DNA of 64,000 nucleotides from an uncultured Actinomycetes bacterium. Lineage in GTDB: Bacteria > Actinomycetota > UBA4738 > HRBIN12. The position numbers and the translations under genes were made by a program. The notes under the pieces were generated by a model. That model was not told the DNA's origin, did no database searches, and saw only the letters and a list, made by a program, of their open reading frames with translations. Below, piece by piece: positions 54,515 to 64,000 of the stretch; within the stretch, counting starts at the first letter, position 1, and each line of letters opens with the position of its first letter. The stretch covers positions 544,001 to 608,000 of the forward strand of contig CAVPIB010000001.1 of NCBI GenBank assembly GCA_963704885.1. Direction: 5' to 3'.

Positions 54515-55425
54515 GGCAGGTGCGCGATCGAACCCGGCGCCGGCTCGGGGTAGGCCTCAGGGTGGACCGCCCACGCCAAGATCTCCAGGCCGTCTACGAG
54601 TCGCGGTCCAGGTCTGGAGAAGTACGACGTGGCATCCACGGCGAAGACGTTCCCGTTGCGCGCGGCGGGAGTCTCGGCGAAGTCGGGTTGCTGCCGGAGC
54701 GCCGCGCCCTCTTGCTCGGCCTCTTCCAGGTAGTAGCCGCAGGGCATGAACACGATGACCTCGGGGTTCTCGTCGCGGACCTGTCGCCACGTGACCACCT
54801 TGGAGGGCTCGCCCTTGGCGTTCAGGACGTTGACGCCGCCGGCGGCCTCGACCATCTCGGGGATCCAGTGGCCACCGACGAACGCCGGCTCGGCCCACTC
54901 CAGGCAGAAGACCCTGATCGTCGGTAGCCGCAGGGCGATCTCCTTCACGCGCGCGACGCGGGCCCGCAAGGTGGCCGCGAGCTCCCTCGCCCGCTGTTCC
55001 GCGCCGAGGACCTCGCCGACCTCAGCGATCTGGGCGATCACATCGTCCAGCGTGTGCGGGTCGAGCGAGATGACTTTGGCGTCGGGAAGCCCCAGCTCGT
55101 CGAGTGCGCGTTCGACCTGGCCGCTGGGTATCGCGCAGACGCGGCAGAGATCCTGGGTCAAGATCACATCGGGGCGTTCCCGGCGAAGGAGGTCTCTGTC
55201 CAAGATGAAGAGCGGCTCCTTCCCATCCATCCGTTGCCGTACGGCGTCGTCGATCTCCCGCGAGGTGAGAGGCCGGCCTTGGGGGAGGGCGCTGCGGGAC
55301 ACGACCGGCTTCGTGACGGCGTCTGGCGGGTAGTCGCACTCGTCGGTCACGCCGACCAGGTCGGCGCCCATCCCGAGGGCGTAGACGATCTCGGTCGCCG
55401 ATGGCAGCAGGGACACGATCTTCAT
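54511..55425 (-). CDS. BtuF-like cobalamin/Fe-siderophore-binding fold protein
   Basis: MKIVSLLPSATEI, GVTDECDYP, GHWIPEM, FSRPGPRL. Confidence 0.82.
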   Translation of the reverse strand: MKIVSLLPSATEIVYALGMGADLVGVTDECDYPPDAVTKPVVSRSALPQGRPLTSREIDDAVRQRMDGKEPLFILDRDLLRRERPDVILTQDLCRVCAIPSGQVERALDELGLPDAKVISLDPHTLDDVIAQIAEVGEVLGAEQRARELAATLRARVARVKEIALRLPTIRVFCLEWAEPAFVGGHWIPEMVEAAGGVNVLNAKGEPSKVVTWRQVRDENPEVIVFMPCGYYLEEAEQEGAALRQQPDFAETPAARNGNVFAVDATSYFSRPGPRLVDGLEILAWAVHPEAYPEPAPGSIAHLP

Positions 55426-56507
55426 CCCGGCAAGTCTCGCAGTCGGCCGGGATCTTGGAGCAGGTCGACCAGGTCGGTGAGCGCGCGCCCGACCGCTGCG
55501 CCGTCGAGCACCCTGTGGTCGAAGGTCAGCGAGAGCGTGCATGCCGGTCGCGCGGCGATCGCGCCGTTGACCACGAGCGCGCGCGGTTGGATCACGCCGA
55601 GGGCGATGGTGACGGCGTTCCCCGGGTTGAGGAGCGGCGTGCCGGCCTCCGAGCCGTAGCTCCCCGTGTTGCTAACCGAGATCGTGCTCCCGCGGAGGTC
55701 GGCGGGTCGCAGGTGCCCGCCGCGCGCGGCCTCAGCGAGCCGTCCGATCTCGCCGGCGATGCCCGCGATGCCCATGGCGTGGGCATTCATGAGCACCGGC
55801 ACCATGAGCCCCTTCTCGGTGTCGATCGCGATCCCGACATGCACCGAACGGAACTCATGGATCCCGTCGTCCATCCAAGCGGCGTTGATGAGCTCGTGAT
55901 CGGCGCAGACCCGCGTCAACGCGGCAACGAACAGCGGCAACGGCGACACGTCGAGCTCCCGACGGAACCCGTCCAGCTCCGAACAATCCACGGTCCGAAA
56001 CGTGGTCACCTGCGGGATGGCCGCTACCTCCGTCAGCCGCCGAGCGATCTCACGCCGCACCGGCGATACGGGGCTCACGCCCGCGACGTCGTTCGTCCAG
56101 CCACCTGCGGCATCCAGATCCTCGATCGTGATGCGGCCGCTCGGTCCGGTGCCCGACACGGTCGACAGGTCGATCCCTCGATCCTTCGCCAGCTTCCTGA
56201 CCGCTGGGGTCGCAGCCACGGCTGGGGCGGTCACCGCTGACGGCGGCGCGGCGTCGGTCTCCGCGGTCTCGACCTCGAAAGTCACTAGCGGAGCGCCGAC
56301 CGGCACGGCATCGCCCAGGCTGCCATGAAGGGTGACGATCACCCCAACGAACGGCGAGGGGATCTCCACCGTCGCCTTCGCTGTCTCCACCTCCACGAGC
56401 GGTTGGTTCAGCGCGATCCGGTCGCCCTCGGCGACGAGCCACGCAACGATCTCGCCCTCTTCGAGTCCTTCGCCCAGGTCCGGCATCAGGAAGACCTTCT
56501 CGGGCAT
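55422..56507 (-). CDS. 2-oxoacid dehydrogenase E2 (dihydrolipoamide acyltransferase)
   Basis: MPDLGEGL, VETAKA lipoyl site, PAVRKLA, TFDHRVLDG. Confidence 0.93.
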   Translation of the reverse strand: MPEKVFLMPDLGEGLEEGEIVAWLVAEGDRIALNQPLVEVETAKATVEIPSPFVGVIVTLHGSLGDAVPVGAPLVTFEVETAETDAAPPSAVTAPAVAATPAVRKLAKDRGIDLSTVSGTGPSGRITIEDLDAAGGWTNDVAGVSPVSPVRREIARRLTEVAAIPQVTTFRTVDCSELDGFRRELDVSPLPLFVAALTRVCADHELINAAWMDDGIHEFRSVHVGIAIDTEKGLMVPVLMNAHAMGIAGIAGEIGRLAEAARGGHLRPADLRGSTISVSNTGSYGSEAGTPLLNPGNAVTIALGVIQPRALVVNGAIAARPACTLSLTFDHRVLDGAAVGRALTDLVDLLQDPGRLRDLPG

Positions 56508-57481
56508 CAGTAGCTCACCGTCCGTCGGACGGCGTCCGTGATCCGCTCCAAGCTCGGCAGGTAATGCTGTTCGAGCGACGCCGGCGGATACGGCACGTCC
56601 CACCCGGTCACCCGGGCCACTGGTGCCTGTAGGTGGTCGAACGCCAACTCCATCACTCGCGCCGCGATCTCGGCTCCCATGCCGAGCGTGCGCGGCGCCT
56701 CGTGCACCACGACGACCCGTCCGGTCTCCCGGACGCAGCGGCCGATCAGGTCTAGGTCCAGCGGCGAGAGCGAGCGCAGGTCGACGACGCGCGCGTCGAC
56801 GCCTTCCGCGGCGAGCACGTCGGCCGACTCCAGGCATCGGGTGACCATGGCGCCGTAGGTCATCACTGTGCACGCGACGCCGTCGCGGAGGATCCTGCCT
56901 TCGCCGATCGCGGGGCCTTCGGTGGAGAGCTCTCCGTCCTCCTTGGTCCAGTACCGTGCCTTGGGCTCCAGGACGATCACCGGATCGGGATCGGCGATCG
57001 CCAAGCGCAGGAGCCGATAGGCATCGAGCGGTGTGGAGGGTGCGACAACCTTCAGCCCGGCCGTGTGCACGTAGTAGGTCTCGGGGCTCTCGCCGTGATG
57101 CTCCTTGCCGCGGATGCCACCGAACGACGGGATCCGGATCGTGATCGGCATCTCCACGCGACCCCGGGCCCGTTCGCGGTACTTCGCCACGTGGCTGATC
57201 ACCTGATCGAGCGCCGGGTAGCTGAAGCCATCGAACTGGATCTCCACCACGGGTCTCCACCCCGCGAGCGCCAATCCGACCGCGGCACCGACCATCCCGG
57301 CCTCCGCGATCGGCGTGTCGAACACGCGCGCCTCGCCGAACTCGTCCTGCAGGCCGTCGGTCACGCGGAACACGCCGCCGAGCGTCCCGATGTCCTGACC
57401 GTAGAGGAGCACCCGCGGATCCTCGTTGAGCGCGTGCCGAAGCGCCGAGTTCAGCGCGGCGGACATGGTGATCTCAGGCAT
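56507..57481 (-). CDS. 2-oxoacid dehydrogenase E1 beta
   Basis: GGVFRVTDGL, DTPIAE, EIQF, VVVHEA. Confidence 0.95.
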   Translation of the reverse strand: MPEITMSAALNSALRHALNEDPRVLLYGQDIGTLGGVFRVTDGLQDEFGEARVFDTPIAEAGMVGAAVGLALAGWRPVVEIQFDGFSYPALDQVISHVAKYRERARGRVEMPITIRIPSFGGIRGKEHHGESPETYYVHTAGLKVVAPSTPLDAYRLLRLAIADPDPVIVLEPKARYWTKEDGELSTEGPAIGEGRILRDGVACTVMTYGAMVTRCLESADVLAAEGVDARVVDLRSLSPLDLDLIGRCVRETGRVVVVHEAPRTLGMGAEIAARVMELAFDHLQAPVARVTGWDVPYPPASLEQHYLPSLERITDAVRRTVSY

Positions 57482-58538
57482 CGCCGAGCGCCTCCGTGCG
57501 CTGTCGCAGGAGCTGTGCGGGCGATTCCACGTAGGTCCAGTCGAACATCCACTCCACCGGCGGGGCCTCCGTCGCGACGACCGCTGCGCGGATCTCGGCG
57601 ACCCGGGCCTCCGCATCCGCCTCGCATCCGGTCACGAACGCCTCGTCGGCGTGGCCGGTCGCGAGCAGCCACGCGCGGTACCTGGCGATCGGGTCGAGGG
57701 CCCGCCAGCCCTCGACCTCCGCTTCGTCGCGATAGCGAGTGGCGTCGTCGGCCGTCGTGTGGGGGCCGACCCGGTAGGTCATGGCCTCGATCAGCGTCGG
57801 CCCGCCGCCCGCATGAGCGCGGGCCACCGCATCCTTCGTCACGTGGTACACGGCGAGCACGTCGTTGCCGTCCACGCGAACCCCGGGGAAGCCGTAGCCC
57901 TCGGCTCGCTTCCAGATCTCGCCGCTCGTCTGCGAAGTGGTCGGCACGCTGATCGCCCAGCCGTTGTTCTGGCAGAACAGGACCGCCGGCGAACGGAAGA
58001 CCGCCGCCATGTTCGCGGCCTCGTGGAAATCGCCCTCGCTGGCCGATCCATCGCCGAAGTACGCGATCGCACAGGCCTCGATGCCGTCCAGGCTTAGCCC
58101 CATCGCGTAGCCGACCGCGTGTGAGATCTGGGTTGCGGTCGGCACGCAGATCGGCGCGAACCGCGTGGCCCGCGGGTCGTAGGGACCACCGTGCCATGTG
58201 CCTCGGTGGTAGTGCAGGTACTGGACGGGGTCGACCCCGCGGACCAGGGCCACCGCCAGTTCTCGGAACGACGGGAAGACGAAGTCCTGGGCGCCCAGGG
58301 CGAAGGCCGACCCGACCTGGGCGGCCTCCTGGCCTTCGAACGGGGGGTAGACGGTCAGCTCACCCTGGCGCTGCAGAGCCATGCACTCGCGATCGAGCCG
58401 GCGCCCCAGGACCATCCAGCGCAGCAGCTCTCGTAGTTCGTCCGGTGTGAGGCCGACGTCGGTGTCGCCGACGGGGGTGCCGTCGGGCGCGATGAGGCGG
58501 AACGGCTCGCTGCCGCCCCGTGGATCGGCGGTGGACAA
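57474..58538 (-). CDS. 2-oxoacid dehydrogenase E1 alpha (PdhA/BkdA)
   Basis: GQEAAQVG, GDGS...NN TPP motif, YRVGPHTTADD. Confidence 0.95.
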   Translation of the reverse strand: MSTADPRGGSEPFRLIAPDGTPVGDTDVGLTPDELRELLRWMVLGRRLDRECMALQRQGELTVYPPFEGQEAAQVGSAFALGAQDFVFPSFRELAVALVRGVDPVQYLHYHRGTWHGGPYDPRATRFAPICVPTATQISHAVGYAMGLSLDGIEACAIAYFGDGSASEGDFHEAANMAAVFRSPAVLFCQNNGWAISVPTTSQTSGEIWKRAEGYGFPGVRVDGNDVLAVYHVTKDAVARAHAGGGPTLIEAMTYRVGPHTTADDATRYRDEAEVEGWRALDPIARYRAWLLATGHADEAFVTGCEADAEARVAEIRAAVVATEAPPVEWMFDWTYVESPAQLLRQRTEALGDA

Positions 58539-58578
58539 GGCTTCAGCTCCTGCACCGGGAACGCCGAGAGCATAGGGG

Positions 58579-59412
58579 ATGGCGCCGTTCGCTAGACTCC
58601 GCGACGTGGTTCCCAGCGCCTACCTCCGCGTGTACCAGCCGCTCGATGCGTTCGATCGTCAGGAGCAGTTGCACTGGGAGCGCTACCTGGTCGACGGTGC
58701 GCGATCCACGTCGCTCCGGCCCAGGTATGCGGACCGCGTGACCAGCGGACGCTTGGGCATCATGGCGCCGTCCGACGGCGAGCACGCCGAGATCCGCGTG
58801 ATCGACGGCCGGACGTACGTGAGTCCCTGGCGGATGCGCCTTCGCGTGCTGGGCGCGCTGCTCTCGTTCGCGGGATCAGAGCCGCTGGAGCTCTCTGACC
58901 AGTACGTCACGAAGAAGGACGCCAAGCGGGCGGCGAAGGAGCTGGTCCGGTTCCGGCGGCGCGACCCCCGCGGGGTGGTCTTCGTGCATCAGAGCCCGTG
59001 GCACGTTCCGATCCGCTGGTTCGTGCTCTTCGATGACGGCGATCGATGGTTGGGTGAGGATGAGTTCGACCGGACCCGACTCCGCTACCACACGACCGCC
59101 CGGCGAGCGATGCGCCGCGCGGAACGCGCCATCCCGGTGCTCCGCCGGACGGACCTGGGACCGATCTCAGAGTTGATCTTGGACCTGCACCAGTGGTTGG
59201 CGGCGTTCGACCCGGGCTCGCTCTTGGAGCTCGACTACGCCTCGTTGTGCGACTTCATGAGCTGGGACGAGCTCGACGACGACCGGTCTTCGCGCGATCT
59301 CCACGAGGCGCTGGATGCGCTCGAGCGCGAGGAGTTCCCGCGTTCGGCCGACATCTACCAGGGTGTCCTGACCCACTGGGCCGAGGTCCGCAGCCGCGAG
59401 ATCATGAACTGA
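58579..59412 (+). CDS. Conserved actinobacterial hypothetical protein
   Basis: 277-aa ORF with typical codon usage; SAYLRVYQPL, WHVPIRWF, LLELDY motifs. Confidence 0.7.
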   Translation: MAPFARLRDVVPSAYLRVYQPLDAFDRQEQLHWERYLVDGARSTSLRPRYADRVTSGRLGIMAPSDGEHAEIRVIDGRTYVSPWRMRLRVLGALLSFAGSEPLELSDQYVTKKDAKRAAKELVRFRRRDPRGVVFVHQSPWHVPIRWFVLFDDGDRWLGEDEFDRTRLRYHTTARRAMRRAERAIPVLRRTDLGPISELILDLHQWLAAFDPGSLLELDYASLCDFMSWDELDDDRSSRDLHEALDALEREEFPRSADIYQGVLTHWAEVRSREIMN

Positions 59413-59442
59413 TGAGGATCGATGCGATCGGGATCCTGGTCG

Positions 59443-59515
59443 TGGCCAGGGGCAGAATCGAACTGCCGACACCGCGGTTTTCAGCCGCGTGCTCTGCCAA
59501 CTGAGCTACCTGGCC
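59443..59515 (-). tRNA. tRNA-Phe(GAA)
   Basis: GGCCAGGTAGCTCAGTTGGCAGAGCACGCGGCTGAAAACCGCGGTGTCGGCAGTTCGATTCTGCCCCTGGCCA; CCA not encoded. Confidence 0.96.
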
Positions 59516-60140
59516 TGGGCCGGTAGAAAACCTGGCAGAGATCGATACCGAGGTCATCACCAGCGCGTTGAAGTGTAGCGAGCGGAGGTGGGTCCGGGCT
59601 CGGTAACGCCATCTCGGCCTAAAGGATGTTTGCGAGACGACCTTGATCCCTGCCGGGGTGGTGCCGGGAGTGGAGTGAGTCAGGCGGCCGCTTCGAGGCC
59701 CCCAGCCGCTCTGTAGCGGGCCATCGTGAGCGCGTTGACCATCACAGCCCAGCCGAGCATCTCGACCTGCTGACGACGCCATCCCAGGCTGTGAGCCCTG
59801 CCGAGGAACAGCGTGTCCTCCAAGGACCGGTTGAGCGATTCGGAGTCGTTCCGGCGCCCGTAGAGACGCGGGAAGTCCGGGTCCGAGGGCGGGATGGGCC
59901 GAACGTTCTCTGTCCGGTTGAATTTGCGTCTGCGGTCGTCTTCGTTCTGATGGAGGCGAACGGTGATCTGCCCCCGCCCAGGTGCTCGGGCAGCCGGTAG
60001 TCGTTGTACCAGCGATACAGGCCTGAGTCGGCTGCCTTCATCCTGTGCGTTCTCTTGCGGGTGAGGGGGGCGAACTCCAGCTCACCCGCCTCTGTCGGGC
60101 GCATGAGGCCGATCGCGCCCGCTTCGGAGTACAGACGGGT
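59516..60140 (-). mobile_element. IS remnant: C-terminal part of a DDE (IS4/IS5-like) transposase (59680-~60140) plus downstream end
   Basis: After a frameshift near 59970 reads NRTENVRPIP..LYGRRNDSESLNRSLE (YxxRxxxE motif)...LEAAA*; end sequence repeated at 63767-63864. Confidence 0.6.
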
Positions 60141-60452
60141 CACCCCTTCGACGACCCGACCGCGCCGAGCTCGCCGTTCGCGATGACGCAGTACCGACTC
60201 GAGGCGACGGCGGAGGCGAAGGAACTCGAGACGGCGGCCGACGCGCTCGCCGCCCAGGCGCGGGAGAACGTGCAACGGGCGACGAACTACGTGCTCGCCG
60301 TCGTGCTGCCGGCGGTCGTCCTGTTCTTCGCGGGCATCAGTACGAAGCTCGCCGATCCACGCCTTCGCCGTCGGATCCTCGGTGCGGCGGTCGTGGTCCT
60401 CGTGGCGACGGTGGTGTGGCTCGTCACCTCGCCCGTCAGCATCTCGGTCTGA
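60135..60452 (+). pseudogene. 5'-truncated membrane protein fragment
   Basis: PSSPFAM..YRL...NYVLAVVL..VVLFFAGISTK with TM helices; no proper N-terminus, abuts the transposase remnant. Confidence 0.55.
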
Positions 60453-60481
60453 GCCCGACCCCACCGCGCACGAGCCCGCGA

Positions 60482-63400
60482 TCACTGCACCCAGAGACGG
60501 CTCAGCAGCACGCCCCACTGGGGATGCACCTGCACGTTCCCGGTCCTGGCCGAGACGGGGAGCGTGACCACCGGATTCGCGAGCGGCACCTGCACGGCCT
60601 CGTCCACGAGCCGGTGCTCGATCGCCGTCCACGCCCGGTTCGCCTCGCCCGGGTCGGTGGCCTCGAGCGCCTTCGCCCCGGCGATCATCCGGTCGATCGC
60701 TCGGTCGCAGTAGCCCGCGATGTTGCTCCCTCCTCGGCAGCCGAACTGCGGCTCGATGAAGTCGCTCGCCAGCGGATATTCCGACACCCAGCCGTTGAAG
60801 AACACGTGCGGGTGTCCCGCCGAGCCGGGCGGGGCATCGTAGACCGACGGGAAGTACTGCTCGGGCCCTACGGTCTTCACCGTGGCGCGGAACCCGAGCT
60901 CGTTCAGCAGGTCGGCCACGTACCGCATCACCCCGTCCGTACCGGGCACCTGCGGAGGGACAGGCGACAAGACCATGACCTCCGTCCCCGCCACGCCGGC
61001 GTCGGCGATCAGCGAGCTCGCACGAGCGAGGTCCGGTCCGGTCCAGACGCCGCTGCCCGGGTCGAGGGAGTGGGGGCAGTACAGGGCATAGCCCTGGAAC
61101 CCCGGCGGGAGGACCTGGCAGGTGATCCGAACCGATCGCGGGCCGCCGAACAGGTCGGCCACCTGCGAACGGTCGACCGCGAGGCTCAGCGCCTCACGGA
61201 CGACGGGATCGTCGAAGGGAGCCTTGCGCACGTCCAGCCCCACGAACAACGTCCAGGGAAGCACGTTGACCACGGCCTGATCGGGGTGCTGGGTGAGCAA
61301 CGTCTCCACATCCTTCGGCGACGGGATGCCGGCCAGCAGGTCTGCGTCGCCGGCCAGGACCCGGTCGAACGACGCCTCGGGATCCTCGCCGTACCACCGG
61401 ACCGAGATCCGATCCACGAACCCGTCCGGCTGCGCAGCGGCCGACCACTCGTCGAACTCGGTGTTGCGGACGAGTTCGACGGCGAGCGCGTCGATCCGCT
61501 CGATCGCGTAGGGGCCGGTCGCCGGCACGCTGGCCACCTCCTCGACCGGGGTCGTCGACGGCACCACGCTGGCGAGCGGGAGCGCCAACTTGTAGAGGAG
61601 GTCCGGGTCCCGGCGCGTGAGGGAGATCGTCACGCCGGCGCCGTCGACCGCGATCGCGTCCTCGAGGTCGCAGCGGGCCGGTCGCTGCGAGCAGGCGCTC
61701 ACCCCGTCGATCGCGTCGAAGAGGTCGGCCGCGTACCCGTTCAGCGAGACCGCCCGCTCGATCGAGTGCCGCACGTCCTCTCCCTGTAGGGGCGCGCCCG
61801 TCGAGAAGGTGACGCCCTCTTCGAGCGTGAACCGGTACGTCAGACCGTCGTCGGTGACCTGCGGCATCGCGGTGGCCAGGTCCGGGACGAGCGTCGCTCC
61901 GCTTGGCCCACCCACCTTCTTGTAGGTCACGAGGCGGTCGTTCGTGATCGACAGGATCTGCGAGATGATCTGGTCCTCCGCGAACACGGGGTCGAGCGAG
62001 GTCGGTACGCCGGGGGCCTCCACGTGCAGGGTGCCGCCGCGGTGCTGCGCCGAGGACGCACCGGCGGCGATCCAGAGCCCGTCCGGGTCGGCCGCGAGCG
62101 ACGCCGACGTGCTCCCGGTCGGGGTCCTGCGCGCGATCGCGTTCGTCGCGGGATCGATCGCCACGATCGAGTCGCCGAGCTCGTTGGCCGCCCAGAGGAG
62201 ACCGCCGGACGCGGCCAGCGCGTTCGGCCCTTCGCCCACCGACACCTTCGCCTCCTCGATCCCGGTCGCGGGGTCGACGCGGGAGACGGTGCCGTCGAGG
62301 TGGTTCGCGACCCAGATCGAATCGAACGCCGACGTGACCGCGGTCGGCCCGTTCCCCACGTTCTGCGTCAGTGTGATCGTCTCGGTCGTCGGGTCGATCC
62401 GAGCGATCTCCGCCGGCGCGATCGTGACCCAGACACCCTCGGGCGTGAACGCGACGCCCGCCGGCTCACCCGGGAGGGGGATCGAGACCGCCTCACCGGT
62501 CGAGGCGTCGATCCGGAGGAGCTGGGTACCGACCGAATCGGCCACCCAGAGCGCCCCGGTTCCCGAGGAGACGGCGACCGGCGTGGTCCCCGCCTCGAAC
62601 GACTGGCTCGGCTCGTTCGTCTCCGGATCGATCCGGTGGAGCCGACCGCCGGCGGCGTCCGTCACCCAGACGGCGTCGTCGTCGATCGCGATCCCCGAGG
62701 GCGTGCCGCCGACCCCGATCGTGTCGACGATCGTGGCGCTGTCAAGATCGATCCGCGCGACCCGGCCCCGGTCGGGCCAGGCGATCCACAGGCTCCCGAA
62801 CCCGATCGCGCTCGCCCCGGGCCGCTCCTCAAGCGGCACCGTCTGCTCGAGCCGCTCGCCCGTGGGGTCCAGCCGGGCGGCGGTGTTCGCGGGGATCGCG
62901 ATCGGCCCGTCGTCGGACCCGATCCGCGGGACGACGACCGCGACGAGCGCGAGGGCGACGAGCACCGCGACGCCGACGGTCCATCGGGTGACCCGGCGTC
63001 GGGATGCCGTGTCCGGCTCGATCGCCGCGAGGCGCTCGGCTGCCTCGCCGGGGTCGGCGGGCGCGCGCCGGGGCTCGCCGTCGACCTTCGTGACGGCGCG
63101 GACGCGCCAGGCGCCGTCGAGCCCCTTCAGGGTGTGCTCGCCACGTTCCTCGAACCCGAAACCGGCGCCGGCGACCAGCTCGCTCGTCGACGCGGTCACG
63201 AGCACGTCGCCGGCGCCGCCGAGCGACATCACGCGCGCGCCGACCACGACGGCGAGGCCGCCGAGCTTTCCCCGACCCGCTCGCACTCGCCGAAGTGCAC
63301 GCCGGCGCGGATCTCGATCCCGAACGCGCGGACCGCGTCCGCGGCCGCGCAGGCGCAGCGGATCGCGGCGGCGGGCTCGGAGAAGCTCGCGAAGAACCCG

Positions 63401-63582
63401 TCCCCAGCGGTGTCGAGCTCGCGGCCCCCGAAGCGTTTCAGCTCTCGTCGTACCGCCGCGTGGTGGCGGGCGATCAGCTCCTTCCACCTCGCGTCGCCGA
63501 TGCGGCTCGCGACGGCGGTCGAGTCGACGATGTCCGTGAACAGGACGGCGGCGAGGATGCGCGAGGCCGAACGTCCGCTCAT
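60482..63582 (-). CDS. Class III nucleotide cyclase-TM-YVTN beta-propeller-family 5 solute-binding protein fusion; frameshift near 63270
   Basis: VLFTDIVDST, ELDTAGDGFF, IRAGVHFGE in ORF 63229..; then LKG, TM helix, repeated WVA/VSRVDP blades, SLDP, LVPDLA, ATGPY, PFDDPVVREAL in ORF 60482.. Confidence 0.8.
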
Positions 63583-63663
63583 GCGGCCGTAGTGTCGCCG
63601 AAGATGCATCGAAACGCGAGCAGCGCCCTGCCTCCGACCATCCCGGTCGCTACACTCGTCGGC

Positions 63664-63736
63664 GGAGACGTTCCTGAGTGGCCGAAAGGAGCCGCCTGCT
63701 AAGCGGTACTCGGGGAAACACCAACCCCGATCGGGG
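63664..63736 (+). pseudogene. tRNA-Ser(GCT), 5' portion only
   Basis: -10 TACACT 63651; GGAGACG-TTCCTGAGTGGCCGAAAGGA-GCCGC-CTGCTAA-GCGGT, variable arm TCGGGG/CCCCGA; no GTTCGAATC T-loop or CGTCTCC acceptor strand follows. Confidence 0.7.
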
Positions 63737-63743
63737 AGGCGGC

Positions 63744-63864
63744 GAGTCAGGCGGCCGCTTCGAGGCTGGCCTGGCCGGTAGAAATCCTGGCAGAAATCGA
63801 ACCAGGGCCCTGTTCCGGGACACCCGAGTCAAGCGACTCGAGGAGACTTGGTCCCGGTAACGCC
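63744..63864. repeat. Second copy of the IS-related sequences found next to tRNA-Phe
   Basis: 63744-63766 identical to 59677-59699; TGGCCTGG(G)CCGGTAGAAAwCCTGGCAGArATCGA and CGGTAACGCC match 59511-59610 at near-equal spacing. Confidence 0.8.
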
Positions 63865-64000
63865 GATGTCTCTACGTTGTTGCGGTTTCGGCCCAGACCG
63901 ATTCCGTGTTGGGCTTGTGCCGGGGTTGGGGAAGTCCGGCGGCTAGCCACCCGCTCGGGATCACTTCCAACCCGGCACGTGCCCGGCTTGCTCGATCCAG

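Overview
High-GC actinobacterial chromosome segment (HspR/HAIR heat-shock operon, TTGTCCACA DnaA boxes, many leaderless-looking starts), mostly core genes. In order: menA-menB/menE; a SipW signal peptidase with TasA/CalY-like fibre genes downstream of a two-component system; panB; rpsF-ssb-rpsR-rplI; dnaB with a 424-aa LAGLIDADG intein; nth; tRNA-Gly; trpD; dcd; dnaK-grpE-dnaJ-hspR-(2x GNAT)-clpB; lemA; an oxyanion transport cluster (Na/Pi-type symporter, TauE, YezD/DUF2292, ABC); a long pur cluster interrupted by an ECF sigma-Ogt unit; a 2-oxoacid dehydrogenase operon; tRNA-Phe; and a disturbed right end (DDE transposase remnant, cyclase-propeller-SBP fusion, truncated tRNA-Ser). The best candidate for an undescribed system is an identical 28-nt leader motif, present twice, each time just after a -10 box and overlapping an intrinsic terminator ahead of anion transport genes; the co-encoded YezD protein is a hypothetical antiterminator. 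Also notable: a 6C-like sRNA, a DnaA-box cluster before dnaB, a low-GC patch at the intein end, a PurE lacking its catalytic His, and an IS end abutting tRNA-Phe. Six single-base frameshifts most likely reflect sequencing or assembly indels. All calls come from motif recognition by eye; no database search was run.
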